64,000 bases of DNA, taken from contig CBFGJV010000001.1 of NCBI GenBank assembly GCA_965649205.1, positions 1 through 64,000 on the forward strand. The letters run 5' to 3'. The translations under genes and the position numbers were made by a program. Under the pieces are notes generated by a model. That model was not told the origin of the DNA. It searched no databases and saw only the letters and a program-made list of their open reading frames with translations. Within the stretch, counting starts at the first letter, position 1; each line of letters begins with the position of its first letter. This document shows, in pieces, positions 1 to 10,548 of the stretch. Origin of the DNA: a candidate division WOR-3 bacterium. GTDB lineage: Bacteria > Hydrothermota > Tepidihabitantia > Tepidihabitantales > Tepidihabitantaceae.

Positions 1-25
1 AAGGGGGAGGTTCCCGTGGTTGGCG

Positions 26-53
26 TTGACTTGAGGTTTACGGTTCCTATGCT
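26..53 (+). promoter_or_regulatory. sigma70-type promoter (TTGACT-N16-TATGCT), near-leaderless
   Basis: -35 at 26-31, -10 at 48-53; ATG at 62 with no Shine-Dalgarno in between. Confidence 0.55.
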
Positions 54-61
54 GAAAATAG

Positions 62-1138
62 ATGGAATCTGGTTCTACCCAGTCAAGTAGGGATCTGAAA
101 GAGCTTGCGGCGTTCTTGAGTCGACATGGCCCAGCAGGGCCGCTGCCTAGGGCTGGACGGACGTTTGCACCGGGCGTCGGTGATATTATCTGGGTGGAGA
201 ACGCTTGGGGAGTAAAGATACGGGGTTTGGACGGTCGAGAGTACGTGGATTTCAGTTGCGGCGGAGAGATGCCTCTGGGGTACAACTATCGGCTGGGGGG
301 AGGAGAGAATGGCCAGTTTGTTCTGGGGAGGGGAGTGGAGTCACCGGTCAGGGTGCGTTTGATGCATAAGCTCGCAGAGATAGTTCCGGGAGGAATGAAT
401 CGGAGGGTGCTGCTGTGTGAGTCAGGGAGGGAAGCTCTAGCCCGTGCTGTCTCACTTGCTTGTAGGGAAACAGGAAGAAGCCGGGTGGCATATCTTTCTG
501 ACAGCGATGCTGAGTCCCCAGATTTTGGCATGGACGTGGCCGCAGTGGTCGTCCATCCTCTCGACTACAGGCTGACGTGGGCAAAGCAGTTCTGCGACCG
601 GTCAGGAGCTTTACTTATAGACGATGAAAGTCGTCTCGCGCCCGGTGTAACGGGCCGCATGTTTGCAATTGAGCACCTGGGCATCAGACCCGACTTGTAT
701 GTAGAGGGCCGGGGGCTGGCGGCCGGGGCATCTTTCGGGGCTTGCATAACGGGAAGTTCCAGACTACGGTGGGAGGATACGGAGACTAATGCCACTGTTG
801 CGGGCTGTGTCGCCGCCTTAGGCTATATAGCTCTATTGGAATCGGGATTACTTGAAGCTGGACAGAAGAAAGGGGCACACTTGGCGCGGCGCCTTGCAGC
901 GTTGCCCGGATGCGGTACAGTTTTTTGCTGTGCTGGTATCGGGATGTGTCAGTGGCTCAAATTTCAAAGTCAACGTGAGGCTTTCAGGTTTTTCTTGGGC
1001 TGCAGAGAACAGGGGCTTCTTTTGAGTTGGTCCGGCTCCAGAGCCGTGGCCATGGTTGTTCCTCTGGTTGCTGACGATTCTGAAATAGAAGCCGGTTTAA
1101 CGGTAATGCATAAGGTATTGACAAATGTTCAATCCTAG
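62..1138 (+). CDS. class-III PLP-dependent aminotransferase-like protein, degenerate (catalytic Lys replaced by Arg)
   Basis: GREYVDFSCG..LGY, CESGREA, LLIDDE...GVTG and PDLYVEGRGLAAG follow class-III AT motifs (DGxxYLDF, SGxEA, LIxDEVQTGxGRTG, PDxxxxGKxLxGG) but are diverged. Confidence 0.7.
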   Translation: MESGSTQSSRDLKELAAFLSRHGPAGPLPRAGRTFAPGVGDIIWVENAWGVKIRGLDGREYVDFSCGGEMPLGYNYRLGGGENGQFVLGRGVESPVRVRLMHKLAEIVPGGMNRRVLLCESGREALARAVSLACRETGRSRVAYLSDSDAESPDFGMDVAAVVVHPLDYRLTWAKQFCDRSGALLIDDESRLAPGVTGRMFAIEHLGIRPDLYVEGRGLAAGASFGACITGSSRLRWEDTETNATVAGCVAALGYIALLESGLLEAGQKKGAHLARRLAALPGCGTVFCCAGIGMCQWLKFQSQREAFRFFLGCREQGLLLSWSGSRAVAMVVPLVADDSEIEAGLTVMHKVLTNVQS

Positions 1139-2093
1139 GCGTGCTTCTGTTTACGGTTGTTTCCTGCAGACGGTAGAGAGGTACCACCTTTTTCCGCCAG
1201 AGAGCAAGGTGCTGGTGGCCGTTTCAGGCGGACCTGATTCAGTTTGCCTACTTGACCTGCTGAGGATTTTTGCGCCCGAGCGAAAGATACTCCTGATTGG
1301 CTTTCATCTTAATCATCGTCTGCGTGAGACTGCCCGCAGGGATGAGACTTTTGTACGTGGTCTTTTCGGTACCGAGCCGCTGGTGGTGGTACGTGCTGAT
1401 GTTCGACGCTACGCGCAACGGCATGGATTGGGCATAGAGGAAGCCGCCCGGTTTGTACGTTATCGGCACATGGAGCGCATAGCAGGAAAAATGGGGTGTA
1501 CCAGAGTTGCTTTGGGGCACAACGCAAATGATAATCTTGAGACCATGCTCTTCAATTTGGCCCGTGGTGCGGGATTGTCTGGGTTGGCGGGGATTCCGGT
1601 GCAACGAGGGATATTCGTGCGGCCCCTACTTGACCTGGAAAGAGAAGACATAGTTCGTTATTTACGTGCTCGTGGCCTAGATTGGGTAGAGGATGAAACT
1701 AACAAAGATATTGCTTTTAAGCGTAACCTCCTGAGATTGCAGGTTGTTCCGGCCTTAAAGACCGTGAATCCGGAAGTGGTGACAAACGCGCGGAGAGCTT
1801 CGGTTCTGTTGCGAGACGAAGACGACTTTCTGGACGCTTTGGCGCGGGCGGCCCTAGAGCGGGTTGCGAAGGTGAGTCGGAATCGGGTTTCTGTTGACTG
1901 CCGCGTATTTGAGGAATATAATCGATGTTTGAAGCGGAGAATAGTCAGAATACTTATCCCAGGACTGGACGCAGATGCAGTGGAGCGTGTGGTGGCTTTT
2001 CTGGAGCCGGACTGTCAGCTTCCGTCTGTTGTCGTGAAGGGGGCCAGGCTTTCGAGACGGGGTAAAAGCGTTTTACTGACCAACTATGCCTGA
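1125..2093 (+). CDS. tilS: tRNA(Ile)-lysidine synthase (short form)
   Basis: PP-loop VAVSGGPDS, HLNHRLR, EEAAR, LGHNANDNLET, RPLL, EDETN...RN; directly upstream of ftsH. Confidence 0.95.
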   Translation: MFNPRRASVYGCFLQTVERYHLFPPESKVLVAVSGGPDSVCLLDLLRIFAPERKILLIGFHLNHRLRETARRDETFVRGLFGTEPLVVVRADVRRYAQRHGLGIEEAARFVRYRHMERIAGKMGCTRVALGHNANDNLETMLFNLARGAGLSGLAGIPVQRGIFVRPLLDLEREDIVRYLRARGLDWVEDETNKDIAFKRNLLRLQVVPALKTVNPEVVTNARRASVLLRDEDDFLDALARAALERVAKVSRNRVSVDCRVFEEYNRCLKRRIVRILIPGLDADAVERVVAFLEPDCQLPSVVVKGARLSRRGKSVLLTNYA

Positions 2094-3978
2094 AAGACCT
2101 CAAGCCCGCAGGGTATTCGGTCCAATTATAGTTTGGCTTATAGTCTTGCTGGCGTCTTGGCTTGTATGGAATTTCTTTCTGACCAGAAGTCGAAGTAGGG
2201 TAACCATAGACTATACGGATTTTATCCGTGAACTCGATTCAAGTAATGTAGCCGAGGTGGTACTGGCGGACCGCGACCTGTCGGGTAGGCTCAAGCGTGA
2301 GTCCGAGTTAGTGACTTCTAAAGGTAGCGTGCGCTACAGAGAATTCAAAACATATGTACCAGAAGACCCGGAACTGATAAAGCGATTGCTTGCTTCTGGT
2401 GTGCGAGTGAGTGCGCGTGCGCCTTCGCAGTGGGGCCCTATTCTCATAAACGTCCTTCCCTGGATTCTCATCATAGGTTTTTGGATTTTGTTCATGCGAC
2501 GAATGTCGTCCGGCCAAGACCGAGCGTTCAGTTTTGGTAAGACCAGGGCAAGGCCGATGACTTCGGACAGACCCAAGGTGACTTTCAACGACGTGGCTGG
2601 CGTTGAAGAGGCCAAAGAAGAATTGCGGGAAGTAATAGAGTTTCTTAAGGCTCCCCACAAGTTTCAGCGTTTGGGTGGAAGGATTCCTAAAGGTGTGCTG
2701 TTGGTGGGTCCGACGGGTACGGGCAAAACTTTACTTGCAAAAGCGGTTGCAGGTGAAGCCGGGGTGCCGTTTCTTTCTATTTCGGGGTCGGATTTTGTGG
2801 AGATGTTCGTAGGTGTAGGTGCGGCACGCGTAAGGGATTTGTTTGAACAGGGAAAACGCAATGCTCCCTGCATAATATTTATAGACGAAATTGATGCAGT
2901 GGGTCGTCAGAGAGGGGCAGGACTAGGTGGCGGACACGATGAGCGCGAGCAAACTCTGAATCAACTGCTAGTGGAGATGGATGGCTTTGAGACGCAAGAC
3001 GGTGTTATCATAATGGCCGCCACTAATCGTCCGGATATTCTAGATCGTGCTTTGCTACGACCGGGTAGGTTCGACCGGCAGATCGTTGTGGATAATCCCG
3101 ACGTGGTGGGGCGTGAGGGTATCTTGCGAGTGCACACGCGGAAAATAACCATGGCTCCAGACGTGGACTTGAAGATTCTGGCACGCGGGACGCCGGGTTT
3201 TTCCGGAGCGGACATTGCCAATATGGTCAACGAAGCGGCTCTGTTGGCAGCTCGCAGGGGACGGTCTGCGGTTACTATGCAAGATTTTGAAGACGCCAAA
3301 GATAAAGTACTGATGGGCGTGGAACGTCGGAGCCTGCTGATTTCCGATAAGGAGAAACGCTGGATAGCCTATCATGAGGCCGGTCACGCTCTGGTGTCCC
3401 GTATGATTCCGGGCACCGACCCGATCCACAAAGTTTCCATTATTCCCCGAGGGCGTGCATTGGGTGTTACTCAGCAGCTTCCCTTGGATGATAAACGCAT
3501 TTATTCTCGCGAGTATTGTGTTGATCAGTTAGCTATTATGCTCGGAGGAAGGGCAGCAGAACTTTTGGTTTTTGGGGATGTTTCTACTGGGGCGCACGAT
3601 GATATCGAAAAGGCCACCACTTTGGCCAGAAGAATGGTGTGCGAGTGGGGTATGAGTCCGGCTGTGGGACCCGTGACATTTGGCCGACAGGACGATATGG
3701 TGTTTTTGGGACGGGAGTTTGGGGTAAGGCAGACCTTCTCAGAAGAAACTGCGCGTTTGATCGATTCTGAGATCCGAAGATTTGTGGAGACGCAGCAAAA
3801 ACGCGCAGAAGAGATAATTTCGTCTAGGCGTGACAAACTGGATATTTTAGCTCGAGCTCTTTTGGAAAAAGAAAGCTTGGACGGAGAAGAGATAGATAGG
3901 CTGTTAGGTATTGCAGTCGAGACTGGTTCGCAACCCGCTGATAATTCATCCTATAGTTCTGACCGTAAGGAGGGTTAG
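2086..3978 (+). CDS. ftsH: ATP-dependent zinc metalloprotease FtsH
   Basis: Two N-terminal TM helices, Walker A GPTGTGKT, Walker [22 protein letters not shown], zinc motif HEAGH. Confidence 0.98.
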   Translation: MPERPQARRVFGPIIVWLIVLLASWLVWNFFLTRSRSRVTIDYTDFIRELDSSNVAEVVLADRDLSGRLKRESELVTSKGSVRYREFKTYVPEDPELIKRLLASGVRVSARAPSQWGPILINVLPWILIIGFWILFMRRMSSGQDRAFSFGKTRARPMTSDRPKVTFNDVAGVEEAKEELREVIEFLKAPHKFQRLGGRIPKGVLLVGPTGTGKTLLAKAVAGEAGVPFLSISGSDFVEMFVGVGAARVRDLFEQGKRNAPCIIFIDEIDAVGRQRGAGLGGGHDEREQTLNQLLVEMDGFETQDGVIIMAATNRPDILDRALLRPGRFDRQIVVDNPDVVGREGILRVHTRKITMAPDVDLKILARGTPGFSGADIANMVNEAALLAARRGRSAVTMQDFEDAKDKVLMGVERRSLLISDKEKRWIAYHEAGHALVSRMIPGTDPIHKVSIIPRGRALGVTQQLPLDDKRIYSREYCVDQLAIMLGGRAAELLVFGDVSTGAHDDIEKATTLARRMVCEWGMSPAVGPVTFGRQDDMVFLGREFGVRQTFSEETARLIDSEIRRFVETQQKRAEEIISSRRDKLDILARALLEKESLDGEEIDRLLGIAVETGSQPADNSSYSSDRKEG

Positions 3979-4866
3979 ATGTTTTCTGGCTGCATAACTG
4001 CACTGGTTACGCCTTTTCGTAGAAACAAGTTGGACCTGAGAGGATTGCGCAAAAATGTCCAGTATCAGATTGAACACGGAGTGAATGGTCTCCTGGTTGG
4101 TGGTTCAACGGGCGAGGCCGCCGGTCTGACGCAGGATGAGTGGGAGCAGGCAGTGGCAACGGTAATAGACATAGCTGCCGGACGGGTGCCGGTATTGGTT
4201 GGAACTGGGACTAATAGTACGAGCAAGTCGATATCCGGTATGAAAGCAGCCGAACAACTGGGAGCAGATGGTGTTCTGGTTGTTGTGCCCTACTATGTGA
4301 AACCGACACAGGAAGGAATCTATCGGCACTTTCGTACCCTCTCGGAAAAGGTCAGGATTCCGATAGTGTTGTACAATATTCCGGGTAGGACAGCAGTTAA
4401 CGTGCTCCCGGCGACTGTGGAACGCCTGGCGCAGGATTGTCCGAATCTGGTGGCGGTCAAAGAAGCGTCGGGTGTGCTTGATCAAGCAACTGAAATAATC
4501 AATCGGTGCGGAGACAGGATTGTGGTACTATCTGGGGATGACTCACTTACTCTGCCGATTTTGGCTGTTGGCGGTAAAGGTGTGATTTCCGTGGTGTCCA
4601 ACATTGTACCCGGCGACGTCACTGCGCTCGTTCGCCATTTTCTTGAGGGCAATTTTGTTGCAGCACGCGAATTGCATCATCGGTTATACCCTCTAACCAA
4701 AGCCCTGTTCTGCGAGACCAATCCAATTCCGGTCAAGGCTGCGATGGAGATGTTGGGCATGCCGGCGGGTAACCCGCGATTGCCTTTGACTCCGCTCAGC
4801 GACCAAGGCAGGAAGGTGGTGTCAGATGCCTTGCGGGCATACGGTTTGGTTGCCTGTTGCAATTGA
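3979..4866 (+). CDS. dapA: 4-hydroxy-tetrahydrodipicolinate synthase
   Basis: ALVTPF, GSTGE, LYNIPGRT, AVKEASG, SGDD, ETNPIPVK. Confidence 0.95.
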   Translation: MFSGCITALVTPFRRNKLDLRGLRKNVQYQIEHGVNGLLVGGSTGEAAGLTQDEWEQAVATVIDIAAGRVPVLVGTGTNSTSKSISGMKAAEQLGADGVLVVVPYYVKPTQEGIYRHFRTLSEKVRIPIVLYNIPGRTAVNVLPATVERLAQDCPNLVAVKEASGVLDQATEIINRCGDRIVVLSGDDSLTLPILAVGGKGVISVVSNIVPGDVTALVRHFLEGNFVAARELHHRLYPLTKALFCETNPIPVKAAMEMLGMPAGNPRLPLTPLSDQGRKVVSDALRAYGLVACCN

Positions 4867-4903
4867 AGAAAGATCGGAAACCACTTATCGCAATTAGGAA
4901 AAC

Positions 4904-5659
4904 ATGATTCGGGTTTGTGTAATTGGTGCAGCTGGTAAGATGGGCAGTACTGTTTGCCGACAGATTGTCGGCTGCAGTAAGTTAAGATTGACCTCAGTCA
5001 TTGAGCGGAATGACCATCCGGAATTAGGCAAGACTTTCTTTGATTGTAAACTCGACTGCGACCTGGCTGCGGGTTTGACGACCGCGGATGTGGTGGTGGA
5101 TTTTGCTCTGGCACCTGGTGTGGTCGAAAGGGCGACTGTTAGTGCTGAAGCGGGTAAGCCTTACGTGTGCGGAGTAACTGGTTTGTCTGACGTCGAGATG
5201 GAAGCGCTGCGCAGAGTGAGTACGCGAATCCCTGTTGTGTATGCGGCAAATTTCTCTGTCGGTATCAATGTCCTTTATGCACTCGTGGCCAATGCGGTAA
5301 ATATGCTAGGTCCGGGGTATGATGTAGAGATTATAGAGATACACCACCGGTCCAAACGCGACGCACCTTCCGGTACAGCCAGGAAATTGGCTGAATTTCT
5401 GCTGGCAGCAAGGAATAGAGAGATAACGACGGCAGGGCAGGTCCCGATTCACTCCTTACGAGCAGGTGATGTTGTGGGTGATCATACAGTTATTTTTGCT
5501 GGCCGGGGTGAGAGGTTAGAGTTTACTCACCGCGCTGCGAGCAGAGAGGCGTTTGGCTCCGGGGTTATCGCCGCTATATGTTTTGTGTTTGGCGCCAAAC
5601 CAGGATTTTACTCTATGTCCGATGTACTCGCTGCTGGTCGGGATACTTGCAAGGCGTGA
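4904..5659 (+). CDS. dapB: 4-hydroxy-tetrahydrodipicolinate reductase
   Basis: GAAGKMG Rossmann motif, ANFSVG, EIHHRSKRDAPSGTA, GDVVGDHTV; follows dapA. Confidence 0.95.
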   Translation: MIRVCVIGAAGKMGSTVCRQIVGCSKLRLTSVIERNDHPELGKTFFDCKLDCDLAAGLTTADVVVDFALAPGVVERATVSAEAGKPYVCGVTGLSDVEMEALRRVSTRIPVVYAANFSVGINVLYALVANAVNMLGPGYDVEIIEIHHRSKRDAPSGTARKLAEFLLAARNREITTAGQVPIHSLRAGDVVGDHTVIFAGRGERLEFTHRAASREAFGSGVIAAICFVFGAKPGFYSMSDVLAAGRDTCKA

Positions 5660-5911
5660 AGGAAATAGTGGTGTATGGCCTTGGTAGCAACATAACACAG
5701 ATACCCGGCAGTCCTGGCCTTCAAAACAGTGAGTCTAGGGTCCATAGACGGACCGCATTAGCAGTATTGAGTTAGAATTTTCCCTGCATAAAAGGTCGGT
5801 AACATGAGACAGGGTTTAGAGAGCTCGTTGAACAGGTAGCCGGTCAGCTACATGCATACTCATTTAACCACTTATGGCGGTGACGAAGACACTGTGGCTG
5901 CAGATTTGCTA

Positions 5912-5939
5912 TTGACTTCAGGAATTCACTGTCTATAAT
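5912..5939 (+). promoter_or_regulatory. sigma70-type promoter (TTGACT-N16-TATAAT)
   Basis: Near-consensus hexamers; strong SD AAGGAGG before ATG 5973. Confidence 0.75.
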
Positions 5940-5972
5940 CCCTGAGCGATGTAACCCTAAGGAGGTTCAAAT

Positions 5973-7382
5973 ATGGCGCAACGTTGTTTCGTGCTTGCCT
6001 CGGTACTAGTAGCTTTGGCCGCGGGTCAGAATGTAGTAATAGACAATCACGAGATTCCCTGCCTGCCAGGTTCCTATGCAAGATTTCGGCAGAATTCAGG
6101 CACCTTCAACTGGCCGGCGTTTGATTCGCTGAGACAGGTGTGGGACCTTACCGTCTATCCGGGAGGTAATACTGCTCGCGTGGGGTTGCGTCCCTACACC
6201 GAGGGAAGGCCGCCGGCCCCTGATTCAATGGCCGCCGATTTTCCACCGCCTGATGCGGTCGAATTTGATACCCTTGGCAGCGGGGCAGTACAGTGGGGAT
6301 ATACGTATGTTGATACCGGCGGCTTCAAGGGTGACGGTATCGATTTCACCCAGACCTTCCGTTTCTTGGGTAACTATCGCCCCGATAACATTCTAGTCAA
6401 GACTCCGTGTCAGCGCGGCTCTGAATGGTCAAGCCGCTATTCTTGGAGTTGCGTTCTCATCAGCGTCCCCTATACAATGAACGAGAGTCGTTCTAAAAGA
6501 GTCGTTGCTCAGGGTAAAGTGAGAGTGCCGATGTCCGGAGAGTATTTCTGGCCTTGCTTGGTGGTGCGCGACTCAGTGTATATGCGAGACAATCTGGGAA
6601 CTACGGCTAGGCGCTGGATGTACCACTGGTTAGTCCCTGGCCATTTCTGTGGGGCTAATTTCGCAGCCATGTTCATGAGTCCAGATGGCGCAGGCCCAAA
6701 TTTTACTACAGTTGACCAAGCATTTCAGATGGAGCATTGTGAAATTCCTGGGTGGGATTTGATTCCACCAATTTTTGCTAATACGACTGTTCTGCGTGAC
6801 ACCAACTTTACTGGTCCTTTTCTAGTTAGTTCAACGATAAAAGACGACAAAGGAATGGGTTCGGCCTGGATCTACTATCGCTTGAACCGTGGTTCGTGGC
6901 AATCTTTGCCCGCTGATTCGGCGAAGGACACGGTGTACTATTTTCACATTCCGCAAGTTACCCTGTCGACACGAGTGGATTATTATCTGATGGCCAAGGA
7001 TTCCTTTTCGGTCAATCGAAACATAGACTTTTGGACAACCTGGCCAGTGTGTTCACCCGAAAGCACAATGCTAACCTTTACTGTAGGAGGCGCTGGAACT
7101 GCAGACGAGCGGAACTGGCCGTCACAAGGAACGTTTTTAGTGTCAGGAGTCGCTACTTCTGGGTCGGTTCTGGTACGTTACAGTCCACCTCAGCCAGGGG
7201 CGGTATGGGTAAAGGTTTACGATGCAACCGGGCGGAATGTACTAGTTCACAGTCTGGGGTATGTTGACGACCCAGGACTACGCACTATGTTACTCGATGT
7301 TAGTTCACTGCCGGGCGGTGTATATCTGGTCAAATTGGAGTCAGGTAGTTTCTCGGCTACCCGCAAGTTGTTGATTCAGTAG
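5973..7382 (+). CDS. secreted protein with T9SS-type/FlgD-like C-terminal sorting domain
   Basis: N-terminal signal peptide; C-terminus VKVYDATGR...LPGGVYLVKLESGSFSATRKLLIQ; core function not recognised. Confidence 0.7.
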   Translation: MAQRCFVLASVLVALAAGQNVVIDNHEIPCLPGSYARFRQNSGTFNWPAFDSLRQVWDLTVYPGGNTARVGLRPYTEGRPPAPDSMAADFPPPDAVEFDTLGSGAVQWGYTYVDTGGFKGDGIDFTQTFRFLGNYRPDNILVKTPCQRGSEWSSRYSWSCVLISVPYTMNESRSKRVVAQGKVRVPMSGEYFWPCLVVRDSVYMRDNLGTTARRWMYHWLVPGHFCGANFAAMFMSPDGAGPNFTTVDQAFQMEHCEIPGWDLIPPIFANTTVLRDTNFTGPFLVSSTIKDDKGMGSAWIYYRLNRGSWQSLPADSAKDTVYYFHIPQVTLSTRVDYYLMAKDSFSVNRNIDFWTTWPVCSPESTMLTFTVGGAGTADERNWPSQGTFLVSGVATSGSVLVRYSPPQPGAVWVKVYDATGRNVLVHSLGYVDDPGLRTMLLDVSSLPGGVYLVKLESGSFSATRKLLIQ

Positions 7383-7406
7383 CTGCTAGAGCGACAGATA
7401 AGTACG

Positions 7407-7440
7407 GCACCGGGTTCAAAACCCGGTGCTTTCTTTTGTT
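7407..7440 (+). terminator. rho-independent terminator
   Basis: GCACCGGGTT-caa-AACCCGGTGC 10-bp stem followed by TTTCTTTTGTT. Confidence 0.85.
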
Positions 7441-7449
7441 CGCTAAGAC

Positions 7450-7477
7450 TTGACCCGAAGTTTACCATAGTTAGCAT
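7450..7477 (+). promoter_or_regulatory. promoter (TTGACC-N16-TAGCAT), probably leaderless
   Basis: -10 ends 5 nt before ATG 7483; no SD. Confidence 0.55.
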
Positions 7478-7482
7478 TTCTA

Positions 7483-7830
7483 ATGCTTACAGGAAATTTC
7501 CTAGACGTTGTTCCTGAACAACCGAATATACCTAACACCAAAAGCACTATCCGTTGGCTCATTACCTCGAAAGAGGGTGCACCTAACTTTACGATGAGAG
7601 CTATAGAGATTATTCGGCCGGGTGATATGATTCCTCTGCATGTTCATGATTATGAGCATGAAGTGTTTGTAATTGAAGGCCAAGGTCGGCTTCTTTTCCG
7701 GACGGGCAGTAGGGTTATGACTTACGGCGATTTTGGTTTGATTCTGGCAGGCGAGGAGCATGGTTTTGAGAATACAGGCTCTGGTCCTTTCCGATTCGTC
7801 TGCGTGATACCAAATCCAAAGGAAAGATGA
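7483..7830 (+). CDS. cupin-domain protein
   Basis: PLHVHDYEHEVFVIEG and GEEHGFEN cupin motifs 1 and 2; stop overlaps next start. Confidence 0.9.
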   Translation: MLTGNFLDVVPEQPNIPNTKSTIRWLITSKEGAPNFTMRAIEIIRPGDMIPLHVHDYEHEVFVIEGQGRLLFRTGSRVMTYGDFGLILAGEEHGFENTGSGPFRFVCVIPNPKER

Positions 7831-9581
7831 GTCAGACTGGAGTAGATGTAACAGTCGTCGTGGCTGGTGAAGCTGGCCAGGGGGTACAATCTGCCGGAAA
7901 TATTCTGGCCAAGCTGTTTTTCAGGGCCGGTTACTATGTATTCGCATACCCGGACATTATGTCCAGAATTAGGGGTGGGCATAATTTCACGCGCATCAGA
8001 GTTTCCGACCGTCCCGTGGGATCTGTGTCTGGGAGAATGAACGTACTCCTGGCGCTAGACGACTTTTCGTCCCGTGCCCATTTGGACGAAATGGTGGAAG
8101 GTGGAGTAGTTTTGACAGAAAGCGGCGAGAAAGGAGTGGGGGTTCAATCCGTTGACCAGGTGCAGCTGGTTATGTTGCCAATGTGGGAATTAGCTCGAAA
8201 ATACGGTAACAGCAAGGCTCTTTCTGGTGCGGTTGCACTCGGAGCAATGGTGAAACTCGTGGGACAGTCGATGCAGGCTTTGGAGTCGATTTTAAGCGAG
8301 GAATTTAGCCGCAAGGGTAAGCAGGTGGTCGGTCAAAACATCGCCTGTGCGCGGCAGGGATTCGAAGCTGTGTCTGGCGAGATGGCGAAAGAGTGTCCAT
8401 GTCGCATCCCAATACTAAGGAATGACTCGGTATCTAAAAAGGTGTTTCTTACGGGTAATCAGGCATCCGGTTTTGGGGCTCTGGTGGCAGGCGTCAAGTT
8501 CTATGCTGGTTACCCTATGTCTCCGTCCACTGGGATTATGGAATTTTTGGCCTCAAAGCAGAAGGATTTCAGGTTAGTGGTTGAACAGGCTGAAGACGAG
8601 GTGGCGGCCGTCAATATGGTTCTGGGTGCCTCTTATGCCGGAGCCAAGGCCATGACCGCCACGTCCGGAGGCGGTTTTGCGTTAATGGTAGAAGCTTTGG
8701 GATTGGCTGGGATGGCTGAACTTCCTATGGTGATTGTTTTGTGTCAACGGCCCGGACCGGCGACCGGTTTTCCTACGCGAACGGAACAGGCAGAACTACT
8801 ATATGTCTTGAATGCCTCTCAAGACGAATTTCCGCGTTTTGTCTTCGCGCCGGGCGATGCCCTCCAGATTATGCGTTGTACGATGCGCGCTGTAGATTTG
8901 GCTTGGCGTTTTCAGGTACCTGCGATTGTTTTATCTGATCAGTTTTTGGCGGACTCGTTCTGGACCTTGGAAGGATGGGAGGAGGTATGTCGCGATGCTT
9001 TGGAGCATCGTCAGAAGCAGGTGTTTACTTACTCGCCGTATGACTACAAACGTTATCGGCTTACGCCAGACGGTGTTTCTCCCCGTCTTTTTCCGGGCGT
9101 GAAACAACAGCTGGTTTGTTCCTCTGGGAGTGAGCATGGGGAGGACGGGCTTCCTACAGAAGATGCAGAGGTGCGCAGCATGATGCAGGAGAAGAGGATG
9201 CGCAAAATTACAGAGATGAGCCGTGTTTTTGGGAATCTTACCTGCTGTCCGTCTGAAACAGAGAATTGCATCGTGGTGTGTTACGGGTCCACACTAGGAG
9301 TAGTGAAAGAAAGCGTGCAGGAGCTAAGAAGGAGGGGGGCTGATATAGGTTTCGTGCATTTACATGAGATATGGCCAGTCCCTCGCGATCGGCTGCTTGC
9401 GAGACTGACGCGTGCGAGACAGATTGTGACAGTAGAGCATAATGCTACCGGTCAGATGGCTAGATTGTTACGGCGAGAGACTCGATTGACTGCAGGGCAA
9501 ATCTTAAAATATGATGGAAGACCTTTTTCTGTGGATGAGCTAGTTGTTAAACTTGGGGAAATGTACCGGGGGCGATTGTAG
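7827..9581 (+). CDS. korA: 2-oxoacid:ferredoxin oxidoreductase subunit alpha (gamma-alpha fusion), copy 1
   Basis: GEAGQGV, SRIRGGHN, GYPMSP, EQAEDE, ATSGGG, RPGPATG, VEHNATGQ, YDGRP. Confidence 0.9.
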   Translation: MSQTGVDVTVVVAGEAGQGVQSAGNILAKLFFRAGYYVFAYPDIMSRIRGGHNFTRIRVSDRPVGSVSGRMNVLLALDDFSSRAHLDEMVEGGVVLTESGEKGVGVQSVDQVQLVMLPMWELARKYGNSKALSGAVALGAMVKLVGQSMQALESILSEEFSRKGKQVVGQNIACARQGFEAVSGEMAKECPCRIPILRNDSVSKKVFLTGNQASGFGALVAGVKFYAGYPMSPSTGIMEFLASKQKDFRLVVEQAEDEVAAVNMVLGASYAGAKAMTATSGGGFALMVEALGLAGMAELPMVIVLCQRPGPATGFPTRTEQAELLYVLNASQDEFPRFVFAPGDALQIMRCTMRAVDLAWRFQVPAIVLSDQFLADSFWTLEGWEEVCRDALEHRQKQVFTYSPYDYKRYRLTPDGVSPRLFPGVKQQLVCSSGSEHGEDGLPTEDAEVRSMMQEKRMRKITEMSRVFGNLTCCPSETENCIVVCYGSTLGVVKESVQELRRRGADIGFVHLHEIWPVPRDRLLARLTRARQIVTVEHNATGQMARLLRRETRLTAGQILKYDGRPFSVDELVVKLGEMYRGRL

Positions 9582-9585
9582 TAGA

Positions 9586-10539
9586 ATGGACATGACTTCA
9601 GATTCAGAAAACAATCAAAACAGCTATCAGTGGAGAAGAAGCGGAGAAATACACTGGTGTCCCGGGTGTGGTAATTATGCGCTACTGGATGCTCTTATCG
9701 AGGCTTTTAGGCAACTTCGGCTAGAACCGTGGCAAGTGTGTATTGTTTCGGGTATAGGCCAGGCCGGTAAAGTGCCCCACTACCTCTATTGTAACTTCCT
9801 GCACGGTCTGCATGGACGTGCTCTGGCGCATGCCGAAGGTGTGAAACTGACAGATCCCGGACTTATGGTAATAGCAATAGGTGGTGATGGCGACATATAC
9901 GGGGAAGGTGGAGGTCATCTAATTCATGCCTTGCGTCGCAATTTGGACCTTACCTGCATTGTACACAACAACGGCGTGTACGGACTGACCAAGGGACAGC
10001 CGTCCCCTACTGCAAAAAACGGGTATGTGAGTAGAATAAGTCCACAAGGAACTTCTTTGCCCGGGCTGAATCCCCTGGCTCTTGCGATTGCCGCAGGGGG
10101 GACTTTTGTTGCGCGAGGCTATGTCGGGCATAAGGAACATCTCGTAGCGTTGATTGCTAAAGCCGTGAAACACCGGGGTTTTGGTTTCGTGGATGTACTG
10201 CAGCCTTGCGTAACTTATAACCGCTTATACAGTTATAGCTGGTTTAAGGAAAGAGTATACGAACTAACTCCGTCAGACCACGACCCTACGGACCGAAGGA
10301 GCGCCTTTGCGCGGGCATTGGAATGGCCCCGTGACGGTAGTGAGAAAACAGATGATACCGTGATGAAGGAAGAGGGAGAAGTTCGGGTTATGCCGAAAGA
10401 AAGAATACCGATAGGCATTTTTTATGTTGAAAACAGGGAGACGTATGAGGAAAAGGAACCAGGTCTTGAGGAGACGTTGCTCTTAGACGGCGGGCCAACT
10501 TGGGAACAGCTGGAAGCAGCTATGGCACAGTTTCGCTAG
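9586..10539 (+). CDS. korB: 2-oxoacid:ferredoxin oxidoreductase subunit beta, copy 1
   Basis: WCPGCG, SGIG, LHGR, TPP-binding GGDGD...NN, YGLTKGQ, QPCVTYN; start moved to ATG 9586. Confidence 0.9.
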   Translation: MDMTSDSENNQNSYQWRRSGEIHWCPGCGNYALLDALIEAFRQLRLEPWQVCIVSGIGQAGKVPHYLYCNFLHGLHGRALAHAEGVKLTDPGLMVIAIGGDGDIYGEGGGHLIHALRRNLDLTCIVHNNGVYGLTKGQPSPTAKNGYVSRISPQGTSLPGLNPLALAIAAGGTFVARGYVGHKEHLVALIAKAVKHRGFGFVDVLQPCVTYNRLYSYSWFKERVYELTPSDHDPTDRRSAFARALEWPRDGSEKTDDTVMKEEGEVRVMPKERIPIGIFYVENRETYEEKEPGLEETLLLDGGPTWEQLEAAMAQFR

Positions 10540-10548
10540 GGGCTGGCT

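Noticed and set aside
5660..5910. Possible ncRNA or riboswitch after dapB
   Set aside because: No recognisable conserved motif or strong structure by eye; an Rfam search would be needed.
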